Assembly: GCA_002104895.1 (NCBI GenBank)
Contig: MCFG01000068.1
Span: 1 to 64,000, forward strand
Source: Anaeromyces robustus
Lineage: Eukaryota
Direction of reading: 5' to 3'
Length of the DNA stretch: 64,000 bases
Positions 13,894-27,438 of the stretch are shown one piece after another. The position numbers and the translations under genes are program-made. A model generated the notes under the pieces. The model was not told the origin of the DNA, made no database searches, and saw nothing but the letters and a program-made list of their open reading frames with translations. Positions within the stretch are counted from its first letter, which is position 1, and each line of letters begins with the position of its first letter.

Positions 13894-15645
13894 ATGATAG
13901 AAAATACTGTCAAAAATGCTAAAGAAATTCAACCTTTTTCTTTTATTTTAACTGAAAGGGAAAAGAATTTAGTTGAACTTTTCAGAAACATTTGCGACTA
14001 TATTCATCAAAGTCAACCTAATTTACCTCCCATTACTGTTCGTTTCGTTGGTGGATGGGTTAGAGATAAGGTAAAAATAAAATAAATTTAAAAAAAAAAA
14101 ATTAAAAAATTAAAAAGAAAAGAAAAAAGAAAAAAAAAAAAAAAAAAAGAAAAACAAAAAAAAGAAAAAAGAAAAAAAGAATAATAAAAGGAAGAATATA
14201 TATATATAAATTTGAAATTGAAGTTCAAAGAAAAAAAAAAAAATCAAAAATGAAATGTAATGAGATTTCAATTAGATATATATATATAGTTTTTTCCTTA
14301 TAAATTTAAATTTCATAAAAAAATTCTTTTTTTTTTTTTCATTATAAATTTCATAAAAAAATTCATTATATTACAATCCTATAGGATTTCATAAAAAAAT
14401 TTTATTTTATTACAATTCTTTAGGATTTCATAAAACATTCATTATATTACAAATCCTATAGGATTTCATGAAAAAATTCATTTTATTACAATTTTTTAAG
14501 ATTTCATAAAAAAATTCATTTTATTACAATCCTATAGGATTTCATGAAAATAAAATAAAATAAAATATAAAAAAAAAAAAAAAAAAAAGAAAGAAAAAAT
14601 TTGAATTATTAAAAAATAATATATTTAAGTATTATTTTTTTTTATTTTATTTTTATAACTTTTTTTTTTATTATACCCATATTAATACAATATATATAAA
14701 TATATAAATATTATTTTTTAAAGTTATTGAATATCGAATGTTCAGATTTAGATGTAGCACTTGATACCATGTTAGGACATGAATTTGCCCTTTATGTAAA
14801 TAAATATTTAAGTGAAAAGAATTTAAGTCTTGAACATGTTCAAAAAATAGAATCTAATCCAGAAAAATCTAGACATTTAGAAACAGCAAAAGGTTTTATT
14901 TATGGTCAATGGATTGATTTTATTAATTTAAGAACAGAAACTTATAGTGAAAATAGTCGAGTTCCTAATATGGTTAGTATTTAACATATTTAAACAAAAA
15001 TTATTATTATTATTATTATTATTATTTGATATGAATAAAATAAAATAAAATAAAATAAAATAAAAAAAAAAAAAAAAAGTAAGAAATTAAATAATAATGG
15101 AGAAAAAAAAAAAAAAAAAGAAAAAAGAAAAAAAAAAAGGATATATATATATATATATGTTTTTTTTTTTCTGTGTAAAAATAATTTATAATACATGCGT
15201 AATTTCAAAATTTTATTCATTTAATAATTTATCCAAAAAAAAAAGAGATTTTAATTAAAAATATATTTAATAATAAATAATAAATCGTTTTATTTATTTA
15301 TTTATTTGTTTGTTTTAACATATTTATTTATATTTAATTATTATTATTATTATTTTTTCTATTGAAACGTTTTAATGAATATATATATATATATTAATAA
15401 AAAAAAAAAAAAAAAAAATGAAATAAAAACTAATATAAATCAATAATAATAATAATAAAATTAAAATTATAAAGGAATTTGGATCACCAGAAGAGGATGC
15501 TTTTCGTCGTGATATTACCATTAATGCTTTATTCTATAATATTCATACTAATACTATAGAAGATTTTACTGGAAAGGTTAATATTTAATGGATATTATTT
15601 TAATTATAAATGATAAAATAATTTATAATTAAAATAATATTATAA

Positions 15646-15686
<41 letters not shown>

Positions 15687-18035
15687 ATTGTTATTTATTT
15701 ATTTATTTATTTATTATGTCCATTTGATAACTAATTAATTTTTATTTTTTTTTAAAATTATTCATCTAAAATAATCTATTATTTAATGTATTTTAAATTA
15801 TATTATATTTTTTGTCTATTTATAATATATTATATATTATATATTATATATTATATATTATATATTATATATAATAGGGTATAGAGGATTTAAAAAATAA
15901 ATTTATTAGAACTCCGTTATGTCCAAAATTAACATTTACTGATGATCCTCTTCGAATTTTAAGAACAGTTCGTTTTGCTAGTAGATTAAACTTTAAATTA
16001 GCCGAAGATATTGGTGATGCTTCTAGAATTCCAGAAATTAAGGTATTTCAAAGAAAAGAAAAGCAAAAAAAAAAGTTTTTTTGATATAAATAATTACTAT
16101 AATTGAAAAAAAAATTTTTTTTTATTATTAATATTAATAATGATATTATTATTATCATTATCATATATATTATTTATTATCTATTATCTATATATTATAA
16201 TGAATTTTTTGTTTTTTGTTTTTTTATTTTATTATTATTATAATTATTATTATTATATTGTAAATAAATAGCAAGCATTACAAACAAAAGTCAGTCGTAG
16301 CCGTATAGGAAATGAAGTTGATAAGATGTTAACTGGTGCAAATCCTGTATTAGCTATACAATTTTTAAATAATTTTAATTTATTAGATATTATTATTGAT
16401 AAACCAGAAACTTTAGATACCAATTTAGATTTATTTGATTATTCAGAAGCTATTACTTCATTAGAATGTACTGAATGGTAAATAATGAAACGATATATAT
16501 ATATTTTATTATAAAATTTTATTCCTATATAAATATTTTATGTTCTAACATGAATAACATGAATATTTATTTATTAATTATTGAATTAATATAATTGTTT
16601 TATTTATTTTATTTTATTTTGTATTATATTATATTATATTATATTATATTTTATTTTATTTTATTTTTTATTATATAATTTATAATTTCCTTTTAAATAT
16701 ATAAAAGGATATTATCCAAGACAAAGTCTTACCAATTAGTACCAAAATTTAGTCTACCATTTACAGAAAAATATTTAAGAATTTTAAAATTTGCCGCTTT
16801 ATTATTACCATTTAGACGTTATCATTATATAGAAAAGAGAAAAACTTATAATTATTGTAGATATATTATGAGAACTGGTTTTCAAGTAAGAATAATATTT
16901 AAAAAAAAAAAAAATTTTTTATTTCTTTTCTTTTCTTTTTTTTATAAATATTAATGATAAGGATTACTATTATTTTATATAAATTTTATAATTATAATAA
17001 AATTATATATAAAAAATTTAATTGAAATAAATAAATCAATAAATCAATAAATAAATAATTAACTAATTAATTAATATATTTATATTATATATATATATAT
17101 AAAGCTTCCAAATCGTGATAGCGATGCTGTAGTTATTATACATAAGTATATTGATGATATTATTCAAATAGCAAATCATTCTATTGACGATAAAATTGCT
17201 ATTGGTAATGTTATAACAAATATTGGTATTTTACCTGTTTATGAAGATTGGTCTATTGCATTATTATTAGCTATATCTACAGAATTAGTTACTACTCCTG
17301 AATATACTGGTAAAATATTAATTATTTATTTTATTAAAAAAAGTTTAAAAAAAGAAAAAAAAAATTCATTTCATTATATATGTATATATAATACATAGAT
17401 TTATAATCAGAAAATTCATTTCATTATACATGTATATATAATACATAGATTTATAATCAGAAAATTCATTTCATTATATATGTATATATAATACATAGAT
17501 TTATAATCAGAAAATTCATTTCATTATATATAAGAATTAATAATTAATATAATATTTTATTATTTTCCTTTTTTTATTTTATTTTATTTTATTATTTAGA
17601 TGAAATGAAGGAAAAAATACTGCATAAATATACTAGACTTGCAAAGAATATTGATGAATTTGAATTGGATCAATGTTGGAATTGGAAATCTGTTGTTGAT
17701 GTAATTATTAATATATACAATATATTATTATATTTAATAATAATATATAATATATATAATATATTATTCACTATTTTTTTTTTCTTTCTTTCAATAATTT
17801 ATTAATATATATATATTTATTAATTAATTTTTTTTTTCTTTTCATATTTATTATTATTATTATTATTATAATTAAATGATATTAGGGTAAACATGCATTA
17901 AATATATTACATATGAAACCAGGACCAAAAGTAAGAGAAATTATGACATCAATAAAACATTGGCAATTTTTAAATCCACATGGTACACAAGAAGAATGTG
18001 AAACATGGTTAAAAGAAACTTATGGTGAATCATAA
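13894..18035 (+). CDS. CCA1: tRNA nucleotidyltransferase (class II CCA-adding enzyme), 9 exons
   Basis: Exons 13894-14070, 14724-14972, 15475-15576, 15878-16042, 16272-16477, 16708-16885, 17105-17309, 17600-17700, 17886-18035. Motifs: GGWVRDKLL..SDLDVA (catalytic DxD), RTETYSENSRVP (basic-acidic motif and flexible loop), EEDAFRRDITINALFYN (EDxxRRD template), DDPLRILRTVRFASR and C-terminal KPGP..WQFLNP. Start codon uncertain. Confidence 0.94.
14348..14550. repeat. ~38-bp intronic minisatellite with alternating A/B units (CCA1 intron 1)
   Basis: Unit atttcataaaaaaattcattatattacaatcctatagg, five copies plus a partial. Copies 1, 3 and 5 end in cctatagg; copies 2 and 4 end in tctttagg and tttttaag. 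Confidence 0.9.
17361..17531. repeat. 50-bp intronic minisatellite, about 3.4 copies (CCA1 intron 7)
   Basis: aaaattcatttcattatatatgtatatataatacatagatttataatcag at 17361, 17411 and 17461, with a partial copy at 17511. Copies are nearly identical. Confidence 0.92.
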
Positions 18036-19194
18036 AATTATAGAATAAAAAAAAAATAAAAAAAAATAAAAATTCAATATAGTAATATAATTTATAATTT
18101 ATAGTATAGTATATAATATATATAAATCCATCAAATTATTAATAATATTTAATAAAAAAAAATTATAGAAAGAAAAATAAAACAATCATTTATTTAATTA
18201 AAAAAAAAATAATAAAAAAAATTATTATCATTAATAATTATAAGTAATAAATTATATAAAAAAAATAAATAAATAAAATAAAAAAAAAAAAAAATAAAAA
18301 ATTGCAATTAATTAATTAATTAATTATAATTATTGAAAGATAAATATATATTTATATAAGTTTGAATCTATCTTTTTTTTTTTTTATTTTAATATTATTA
18401 TTTTTATTATTTATATTTAATAATAATAATCGTAATAAAAAAATTATTTATATATATTTAATAAACACTAAAAAAAATTTATTATATTTTTTAACCTAAA
18501 AAAAAAAGATACTTGTAAAATAATTACCTTTTTGGTATATATTGTTAATTATTATTAACTTTATAATATTAACTATGATATATATAATTAATAATTTATA
18601 AAATAACAAAAAAAAAAAAATAAAAAAAAAAAGAAGTAATTATATATATATGTTTAAAATATTACATATAAAAAAAATATGAAAAAGTATAAGATAAAAA
18701 AAAATTTTTTTTCTTAAAAGTTAAATGTTTGTTAAGTGCAAAAATTATTATTTTATTAATAAATATACATATATATATATATACATATATGTGAAAATGT
18801 TTTATTAAACACTAGTAGATTTAATGAATAATAAAAAATAAATAAATATTTATATTTATCTATATAAGAATAGGAATAATATTATATACAATTTATATGT
18901 AACAATAATTTTTTTTTCTGCTTAATTTATTATTTATATTTATATATATTTTTTAAAGTTTTTAAAGTTATATGAATTTAATTAAAAAATAATAAAAAAA
19001 AAATATTAATTCTTTTTTTTTTTTTTAATTCTATAATCTTTTTAAAATTATAAAAAAGAGAGAAAAAACTGTGTAATAATAATAAAATAAAAATAATTAA
19101 GAAAAAAAAATTAATATTTTTTTTGGTGTGTCCTTTGTTAAATAAAAAAAAGTAAAAGAGAATAATTATATAATTATATAAAATAAAAAAAAAA

Positions 19195-19605
19195 ATGAAG
19201 CCAATTAAGGTATAAAAATAGTTTTTTTTTTCATATTTGTTTTGTATGTTTAAACAATATATAGAATATTAAAAAAAAAAGGTATTCCTTTATTCCCTTT
19301 TTTTTTATTTACTCGTTTATATATATATTTATATATATATTTATTTTAGAATATTAGAAATAATCAAGAAAAACCATCTTTAATTAAATTATCCAATGAA
19401 GGTAATATGATATGAACTTATTAATAATAAAAAAATTTATTATTATAAATCCAATTGTATTATTATAATATGGAATATATATAAATAAAATGTTAAATTG
19501 ATTGTAATCTATAATATTAAAATAAAATAATTTTTATTTTTTTATTTTCATTTTCATTTCTTTTTTCTCTAAAACTCTACATTACATAATTTATTATATA
19601 TTAAT

Positions 19606-19639
<34 letters not shown>

Positions 19640-21390
19640 TTAATTTTTATCATTTTTTTTATAATTTTAGAGGATGATAGACCTTTACTTAGTATTAAAA
19701 ATAAAAATGAAAATTCATTAATTTTACCACCATCTTCATCTCAAAATAATAATAATATTACTAATAAATCTCTTTTAAGAAATCATTATCAAAGTATTGA
19801 TAAAAATAATAATAATAGTAATAGTTATGAAAATTCAAATCATAAAATGAATTTTTTAGAAAGTCGTCAAGAAATTGATGAATTTTTCTTTGAAACAAAT
19901 ACATTACCAGATATTTCAAAAAATAATATTTCTTCTTCCACCATAAATAATAACAACAATAATAACAATAACAATAATAGTAATAATAATGGTAATAGAA
20001 AAAAATTATCATCACAACCTCAATTACAATTACCAAGACAACGTCCATCTAGTAGTTTAAGTTTTATACCTGTACCTACTAATAAAAATAATAATAATAA
20101 ATCAAATGATATAAAATCAATTAATGAAAAATTTAATAAAATAAATAGAGAAAAATTAGAACAAGAGATTGATGATTCAAATAAAATTGATAAAATTAAA
20201 AATGTAATTATATAAAATAATAATAATTTTTACAATAATTAATAATAATTAATAAATTAATATAATAATAATATTAATTATTAATATTGATACTTAATAA
20301 TTAATATTAATAATACATCATCTTAGATTAATATATATATTAGCTATTATTAAAAATATAATCTATTAATTTTCTATTCTCTCTTTTTCTTTATTTAAAC
20401 ATAAATAAATTTATATATAAATAAATATATATATATATAAAAGAAAACAACAGGAAATAATAAAAATGATACCCATAATAATCATAATAATAACAATAAT
20501 AATAATAATAATAAATCATTTATTTCAAATAAAAATAATCGTTATGAAGAAAATGAAGAATGGTTACTTAAAAATACAGATAAACTAATAAGAAATTTAT
20601 TTGATAGACAAAAAAAATGGGAAGATACTAGAGTAAGTTCTTATAATAATAATAATAATATATATAATGATAATATATAAATATAAATATTAATAAAAAG
20701 ATTTACTTTATTTTATTTTATTTTTATTTTTATTATTTTTTTTTTGTTCTTTTATTAATCTTATAATTATTATTATTGTTAATATTATATATTATATATA
20801 TATTTTATTAAAAATAAAAAAAATTTTTTTTTCTATTTGTTTAATGTTTGTTTTTTTAATAATAAAAAAAAAAAAAGTCGGAGATACAACAATCTATTGA
20901 AAAAATTAAAAATGATGAAAATAATGATTCACCAGAAAATAAAGCTTTAAGTGAGAAAGTAATAATGTTTAAATATAAAATATAATATAGAAAAAAAAAA
21001 TATAATATATATAATAATATAATAACAAATATTTATTAAATATCATGAATTTTTTTTATTTATCTTATATATTAAAATATAATTTTTTTTTTTTCATTCA
21101 TTCATTATATATATATATATAAAAGGAAAAAAAAGATAGAGAAACAAAACGTAAAATTGAATTAGGTTTAAATAAAATTAAAAAATTAGATGAAATATTA
21201 GAACAAAAATATATGGTATTATTATTATATATAAAATACAATATATATACACTATATATTGTATATTTTTATATAAATTACAATAAATATATATAATTTT
21301 ATTCATTTTATATTAATTTTTATATTAATTTTTATATTAATTTTTATATTAATTTTTATATTTTATAAAAATAACAATAAAATAATAATT

Positions 21391-21427
<37 letters not shown>

Positions 21428-23864
21428 AAAAAGTTTGAAAAAGAATTAAAAGAAAAAAATTCATCTCAAGAATTTTTATCTGAAACCGATAAACAATTTT
21501 TAATGAAATATGATATAGAAGTACCTACTACATTTTTAAAAGATGAAATTTTAGAAAAACAAAAAAAAATGTTTTCTTCTTCAATGAATATTAATAATGA
21601 TAATAATGATATTGATAATGATAATGATCATGATTATGATAATGATAATAATAATGAAAATTTAAAATCTTTACCAAGACCTTTATTAAAACGTGAAGAA
21701 AGTAGTGCAAATCTTTTATTAAATTATTCTACTCATGAAATACAATCTTTAATAAATAAAAATGAAAATGAAAATGAAAATGAAAATGAAAAAGAAGAAA
21801 AAGAAAATAATGAAGATAAAGAAAATAATGAAGAAGAAAAAGAAGAAGAAGAAGAAGAAGAAGAATATTTTAATCCTACTAAACAAAATATTATAAAAAA
21901 AGTTGTTGATTTTTCAACTGAAAATCAAAAAGATAAAGATCGATTAAAAATACTTTTTTCAAATAAAACATTTTTAACAGAAACAAAATCTTTACCAATT
22001 TCTATGTTTATTTCAAAACCAGATATTGATGATATTGATATTGATCTTGATGATGATCCAGAATTATTGAAATTAAAAATGGGTAATATATTATTATAAT
22101 AAATAAATAAAAAAAGGAAATTAATAATAATAATAAATAATAAATAATAATAAATAATAATTTATAATAATTTATAATAATTTATAATATAAAATAAATT
22201 GAATATTATAATTTTTTATATATTTGGGAATCTTTTTTTTAATGATTATTATTTTATTATATATATATAAAGAACAAGAGAATTTTAAAAATGATAATAT
22301 ATCAAAAAAAATATTTGAAAAAGAAAATGAAGAAAGAGAACAAATATTAAAAGAATCTAATAACAATAATAATAATGATGATAATAATGATAATGATAAC
22401 AATAATAAAAATAATAATAATAAAAATAAAAGTAAAAAACATCATAAATATAATAATAGTAAAAATAGTTTTAAAGGAGATTTTATTAAAAGAAATATTC
22501 AGGTAAAAAAAAATTTTTATTATATAAGAATAAATGAAAAAAAATAAAAAAAAATAAAGTGTATTATATATATATATATATATAATAAATATATTATAAT
22601 ATTTAATATATAATATATAATATATAATACATATATATATATATATAGTTAGGAGGTGATGCCAGATATTATTATGCTTTAACCGATGAAGAAAAATTAA
22701 GATTAGAAGCCATATTACAATTACCAGATGAAGAATTAGAAACATCATCAGCTTATATTATAAATCATAAAGAAGGAGAAAAAGTAGAAAAGGGAGAAAA
22801 AGAAGGAACAGTAGAAGGAAAAGAAAATAATAAAGAAATTAAAAAAGAAAAAGAAAAAGAAAATGAAAATTCTATACCAAAAGAAATATTAGTTGATCCA
22901 GATGATTATATTAAAAATGATTCTAAAAAAACTTTAAAAAATGGATATTTACCTTCTGTAGAAGAATTTAATACTTTAAAAGACATTAATGAGTAAGTAT
23001 TATATATATATATATATATAAGATTAATACTTAACTTTTGATATGTATATTATATATATATATATGTGTATAGTAATTATTATTTATATACTTATATTTA
23101 TATACTTATATATTTTATAATTTTATATATATATATATTTTACATTATACTTTTATAATCAAAACAATATAATATATATTTATATATATATAAGAAAATT
23201 ACATAAATTAGTACCTGCATCAGAATGGTTAAAAAGGAAAACAGAAAGCAATTTATTTAATACTTCATTACTATCGAATAATAATAATCAAAATAATAAT
23301 AATACACAACCATCTATGATGAATTTTGGTTTTTGGTCAAGTCAAAATAATCTTGATTATAATGGAAATTCTCAAGTTTCTTTATTTTCAAATCATTCTA
23401 CAAGTATGTATATAATTCTTATTATTATTCTTATTATTATATATATATAATATTTATATTTTAATTGAAATACTTAATATTTATTTTTTATTTATATTAT
23501 ATTATATTATATTATATTATATTATATTATATTTTATTATATTATATTATATTATATTATTATATTATATTATATTATTTTTCTATTTTTAATTTATTAT
23601 TTATTTAATATATATTAAATAAAAAATAAAAAAATAAAAAAAAAAAGTTTCCAATAAATCCAATGTACAAGATTCAGTTTATAGTGGAAGAGAAAAACGT
23701 GAAAATAAGAAAAAAATGAAAGAAATTAATGAAAAATTATCAGAATTACAACAATTACGTAATAATTTTGAAAGTGAATATAATGTTAGTATATTTATAT
23801 ATATATATATTTTTATATAAACTTAAAAAATAATAGATTAATAATAACAATAATTAATAAATTA

Positions 23865-23902
<38 letters not shown>

Positions 23903-24943
23903 TATATATATATATATAATCTATAATATAATCATTTATATATAATATATAAAGATATATGAAAAACAAAATGAAGATGAAATACTAAAATATGAAAGTA
24001 TATTTGATAAATTGGATATGAAAGGTAAAAAAAAATATAATTTTTTTTTCATTTAAAAAATTATTAATAAAAAATTATAATAATTAAAATAATATAATTT
24101 ATAATAATAAGAATTACAAATATATTAATATAATATTAATAATTTATAATAATTATAACAATACATATTATATTATATTATAATAAAAAAAATAGAAATC
24201 GAATCTCAAATAGAATTAGCTAATGAAAAATTATTAAGTATGAATTTAGATTCAGCTACCATAGAAGAAAAAAATAATTTATTTTCTATAGATTTTGAAA
24301 AAGGAGATTCTGAAAGTATATTAGATCAGATTGATATAAAAAGTAATTAAGAATTAAAAATTAAAAATTAAAAATAAAAAATAATATATATATACATATA
24401 AAATAGTTATAATATTTAATCATAGAAATAAGTATTAAATATTTATATTTATTTTTATAATATATATTTGACCTATATTCTATATCTATATATTATATTA
24501 TATATATATATTTCTTTTTCTTTTTTTATAAATAAATAAATTATTTATATATATTTATATAAAAAGAAATGGAAAGTGAGATAGAATTAGATAATCAAAG
24601 ATTAGAAAAAATGAAATCAGAATCAATCCTCACAAAAGATTTTTTATTATTAGATAAAGATAAAGAAAAAGAAATAGGACAAGAACAAGAACAACAACAA
24701 CAAGAAGAAGAAGAAGAAGAAGAAGAAGAATTTAATGGTGGTAATTTAGAACTTTATACAACAGAAAATGCAGATAAAGTAACATCAAAATCTATAACAA
24801 AAGCAGCAACTATTAATGATACAATTATACATCAAGATACCAATACCAATACAGATATGATTACTACTACTACAACTACAACTTCAACTACAACTAATAA
24901 TACTAATATTAATGATGATAATACTACTAATACTAATACATAA
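19195..24943 (+). CDS. FSIP1: Fibrous sheath-interacting protein 1 (FSIP1)-like coiled-coil protein, 14 exons
   Basis: Exons 19195-19209, 19350-19401, 19671-20203, 20444-20632, 20878-20958, 21126-21215, 21434-22082, 22273-22502, 22649-22992, 23195-23403, 23648-23784, 23955-24024, 24196-24342, 24567-24943, all phase-consistent. Blocks LGLNKIKKLDEILEQK, DFIKRNIQLG..LTDEEKLRLEAIL, LKDINEKLHKL and MKEINEKLSEL match my recollection of FSIP1-family motifs, separated by N/E-rich linkers. Confidence 0.75.
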
Positions 24944-25591
24944 AACAAATGAATCCTTTTATTTTTTAATAGATAATTAAATATAATAGATATAATATCA
25001 TACTGATTATTCATAAAGAAATATATAAAAATAAATATAAATAAATATAATAATAGAGAAGAAAAAATAATATATAATAAATAATAAATATAAAATATAT
25101 ATAAAACATTTATGTAAAAAACTATATTTATAAAGAAAAAAATAAAAAAAAATTAATAAATACTGATATAATACATATTATACATATATATATATATAAT
25201 TATAATTATAAAATAAAATATAAGAATTTGTTATTATTATTATTATTAAATATTTATTTATTAAATATTCTTTTTTTTATTTATTATTAAAAATTCTTTT
25301 TTTCGTTTTTATAATTTATTTTATGTTATGATTAAAAGTATGAAAGAAAGAAAGAAAATATTTAATTTTTTTTGATAATATAACTGTTTAGAAAAAGAAT
25401 TATAGTTAATTAAAAAAAAATTAATTATTTTTTTATTTATTGATTTTATATATATATATATTTATTTTATTTTATTTTAAATATACATCCATAAAATTAT
25501 AAACTATATTATGCAATATTTTAATTTTTTTTTTATTTTTATTTTTATTTTTTTATTTCCCAAAGTAATATTAAGAAGTTTTTTCTTTCTT

Positions 25592-25624
<33 letters not shown>

Positions 25625-27255
25625 CTTTTTCTTTTCAAGAAAACTTTAATAACTTTAATTAAAAAAAATTTTTTTTTTCTCAAATCATCATAATAATTAT
25701 TTGATAGAATTTTCTAGAATTACAATAATTTTTATTTTTATTTTTATTTTTATTTATTTCATGTCCCAAATATTCAAATTAAATTGATTTTCTATCTTTA
25801 CTCTATTTTCAAATAATCTTTTTTTTTATATATATATATATATATAACATTTACATATAACTGTAGAGATATAGAGAGATATTCTTATGATCAAAAATTA
25901 GAATATTTAAACAAAAGAATAATAAATAATAAAATGGACTCAAGTTCCTTAATAAATAAATTAACTATGTTATATCAGTAGCTAAAAAAAATTTTTTTAT
26001 CTTTTATATATATATATATACGAAATCAAATGATGCTTCATCATCATCATCATTTTTTAATTTTTTTTTTTAATACTCCTTCGCGACTCTTAAGTTGTAA
26101 CTAAATATTTTTATTATATTTAAATCTTCATTTTTTCCATTAAAAAATAAAAAAATTAAAAAATAAAAAGAAAAAAAAAACTCACTAATTAAATAAAAAT
26201 AAAATAATATATATAAATATAAATATATATAAATATAAATATATATATATATTTGTGATTATATTATAAATTATTCTATATTAACTTATATATACAATTT
26301 TATTTTTTAAAAAGTAATTATTATTACTATTGTCATAAATACTTTGAATAAACAATCTAAACATATGTTTTTATGTTTTAATTATATATATATATAAATT
26401 AAAAATTAAACAAAAAACTAAATAAAGATATAAAAAAAATATAAAATATAAGCAATTCCATTTTATTGGTTTTATTTTTCAATATTTTCAATATTTAAAA
26501 GAATAGAAATGTCAAAATTATATTTTAAATAATATGAACTAAGAAATAAATTATATATAGAAAAATTAAAATGTTTTAAAATTGTGTATTGATTTATAAA
26601 AATGTTTAAATAAAAAATGACATCTTTAATAAATATTATTAAAAAGAATTTTTATTTATAACAAAATTTTGAATAAGTAATTATAAAATTAAGGTAAATA
26701 AAAGGATAAAATATTAGTATTAATTTTCTATATATAAATCATATTAGAGAAGAAAAAAAAGACTTTAATTAATTAATTAAATCTTTTTAAAAAAAAAAAA
26801 AAAACTTCAAAATATTTATTATATTATGAATAAAAAAAAAGAAAAAAAGACGCATTAAATAGTTAAAATACGTAGTAAACTTGTTATAGTAAATTTTACT
26901 TTTTACTTTTTACTTTTACTTTTATTTTTATTTTTTATTTTTTCATTTTTTTTTATTTTATTTTTTCATTTTTTTTTATAATAATTATAATAATTTTTTT
27001 TCTATCTATACTATTTGTTGATTTTTATTCTAAACTATTTGTTTAGTTATAAAATAACAGTATAATAAATATATGTTCAATTGATTTTTCATAAAATATA
27101 TATTATTACTAAATTGATTATAATAATTTAATTTAATTTAATATTCTATTTTAATTCTAAAAATAATTTTTTTTTTTCAGTACCTCATAAAACTAATGCA
27201 TATAATCCATTTAATTATTAATTTATATATAAATTAACATTAATTTTTACTTTTA

Positions 27256-27385
27256 TTATGATCTAGTTGCTTCCTCATAGGTTGGCAAATGAGGATTACC
27301 ATTTACATTATTATTAATTACTTTATTATTAGTAATTGTATATTCAGGAAGTTCATCATCATTATTGTTATTATTGTTATTATTA

Positions 27386-27438
<53 letters not shown>

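Noticed and set aside
14348..14550. CRISPR-like array of ~38-bp palindromic repeats
   Set aside because: Units are contiguous with no unique spacers, lie in a spliceosomal intron, and there are no cas genes; it is a minisatellite.
25855..26105. GC-richer patches as a possible C/D snoRNA or small exons
   Set aside because: No proper RUGAUGA/CUGA pair and no consistent spliced frame could be built.
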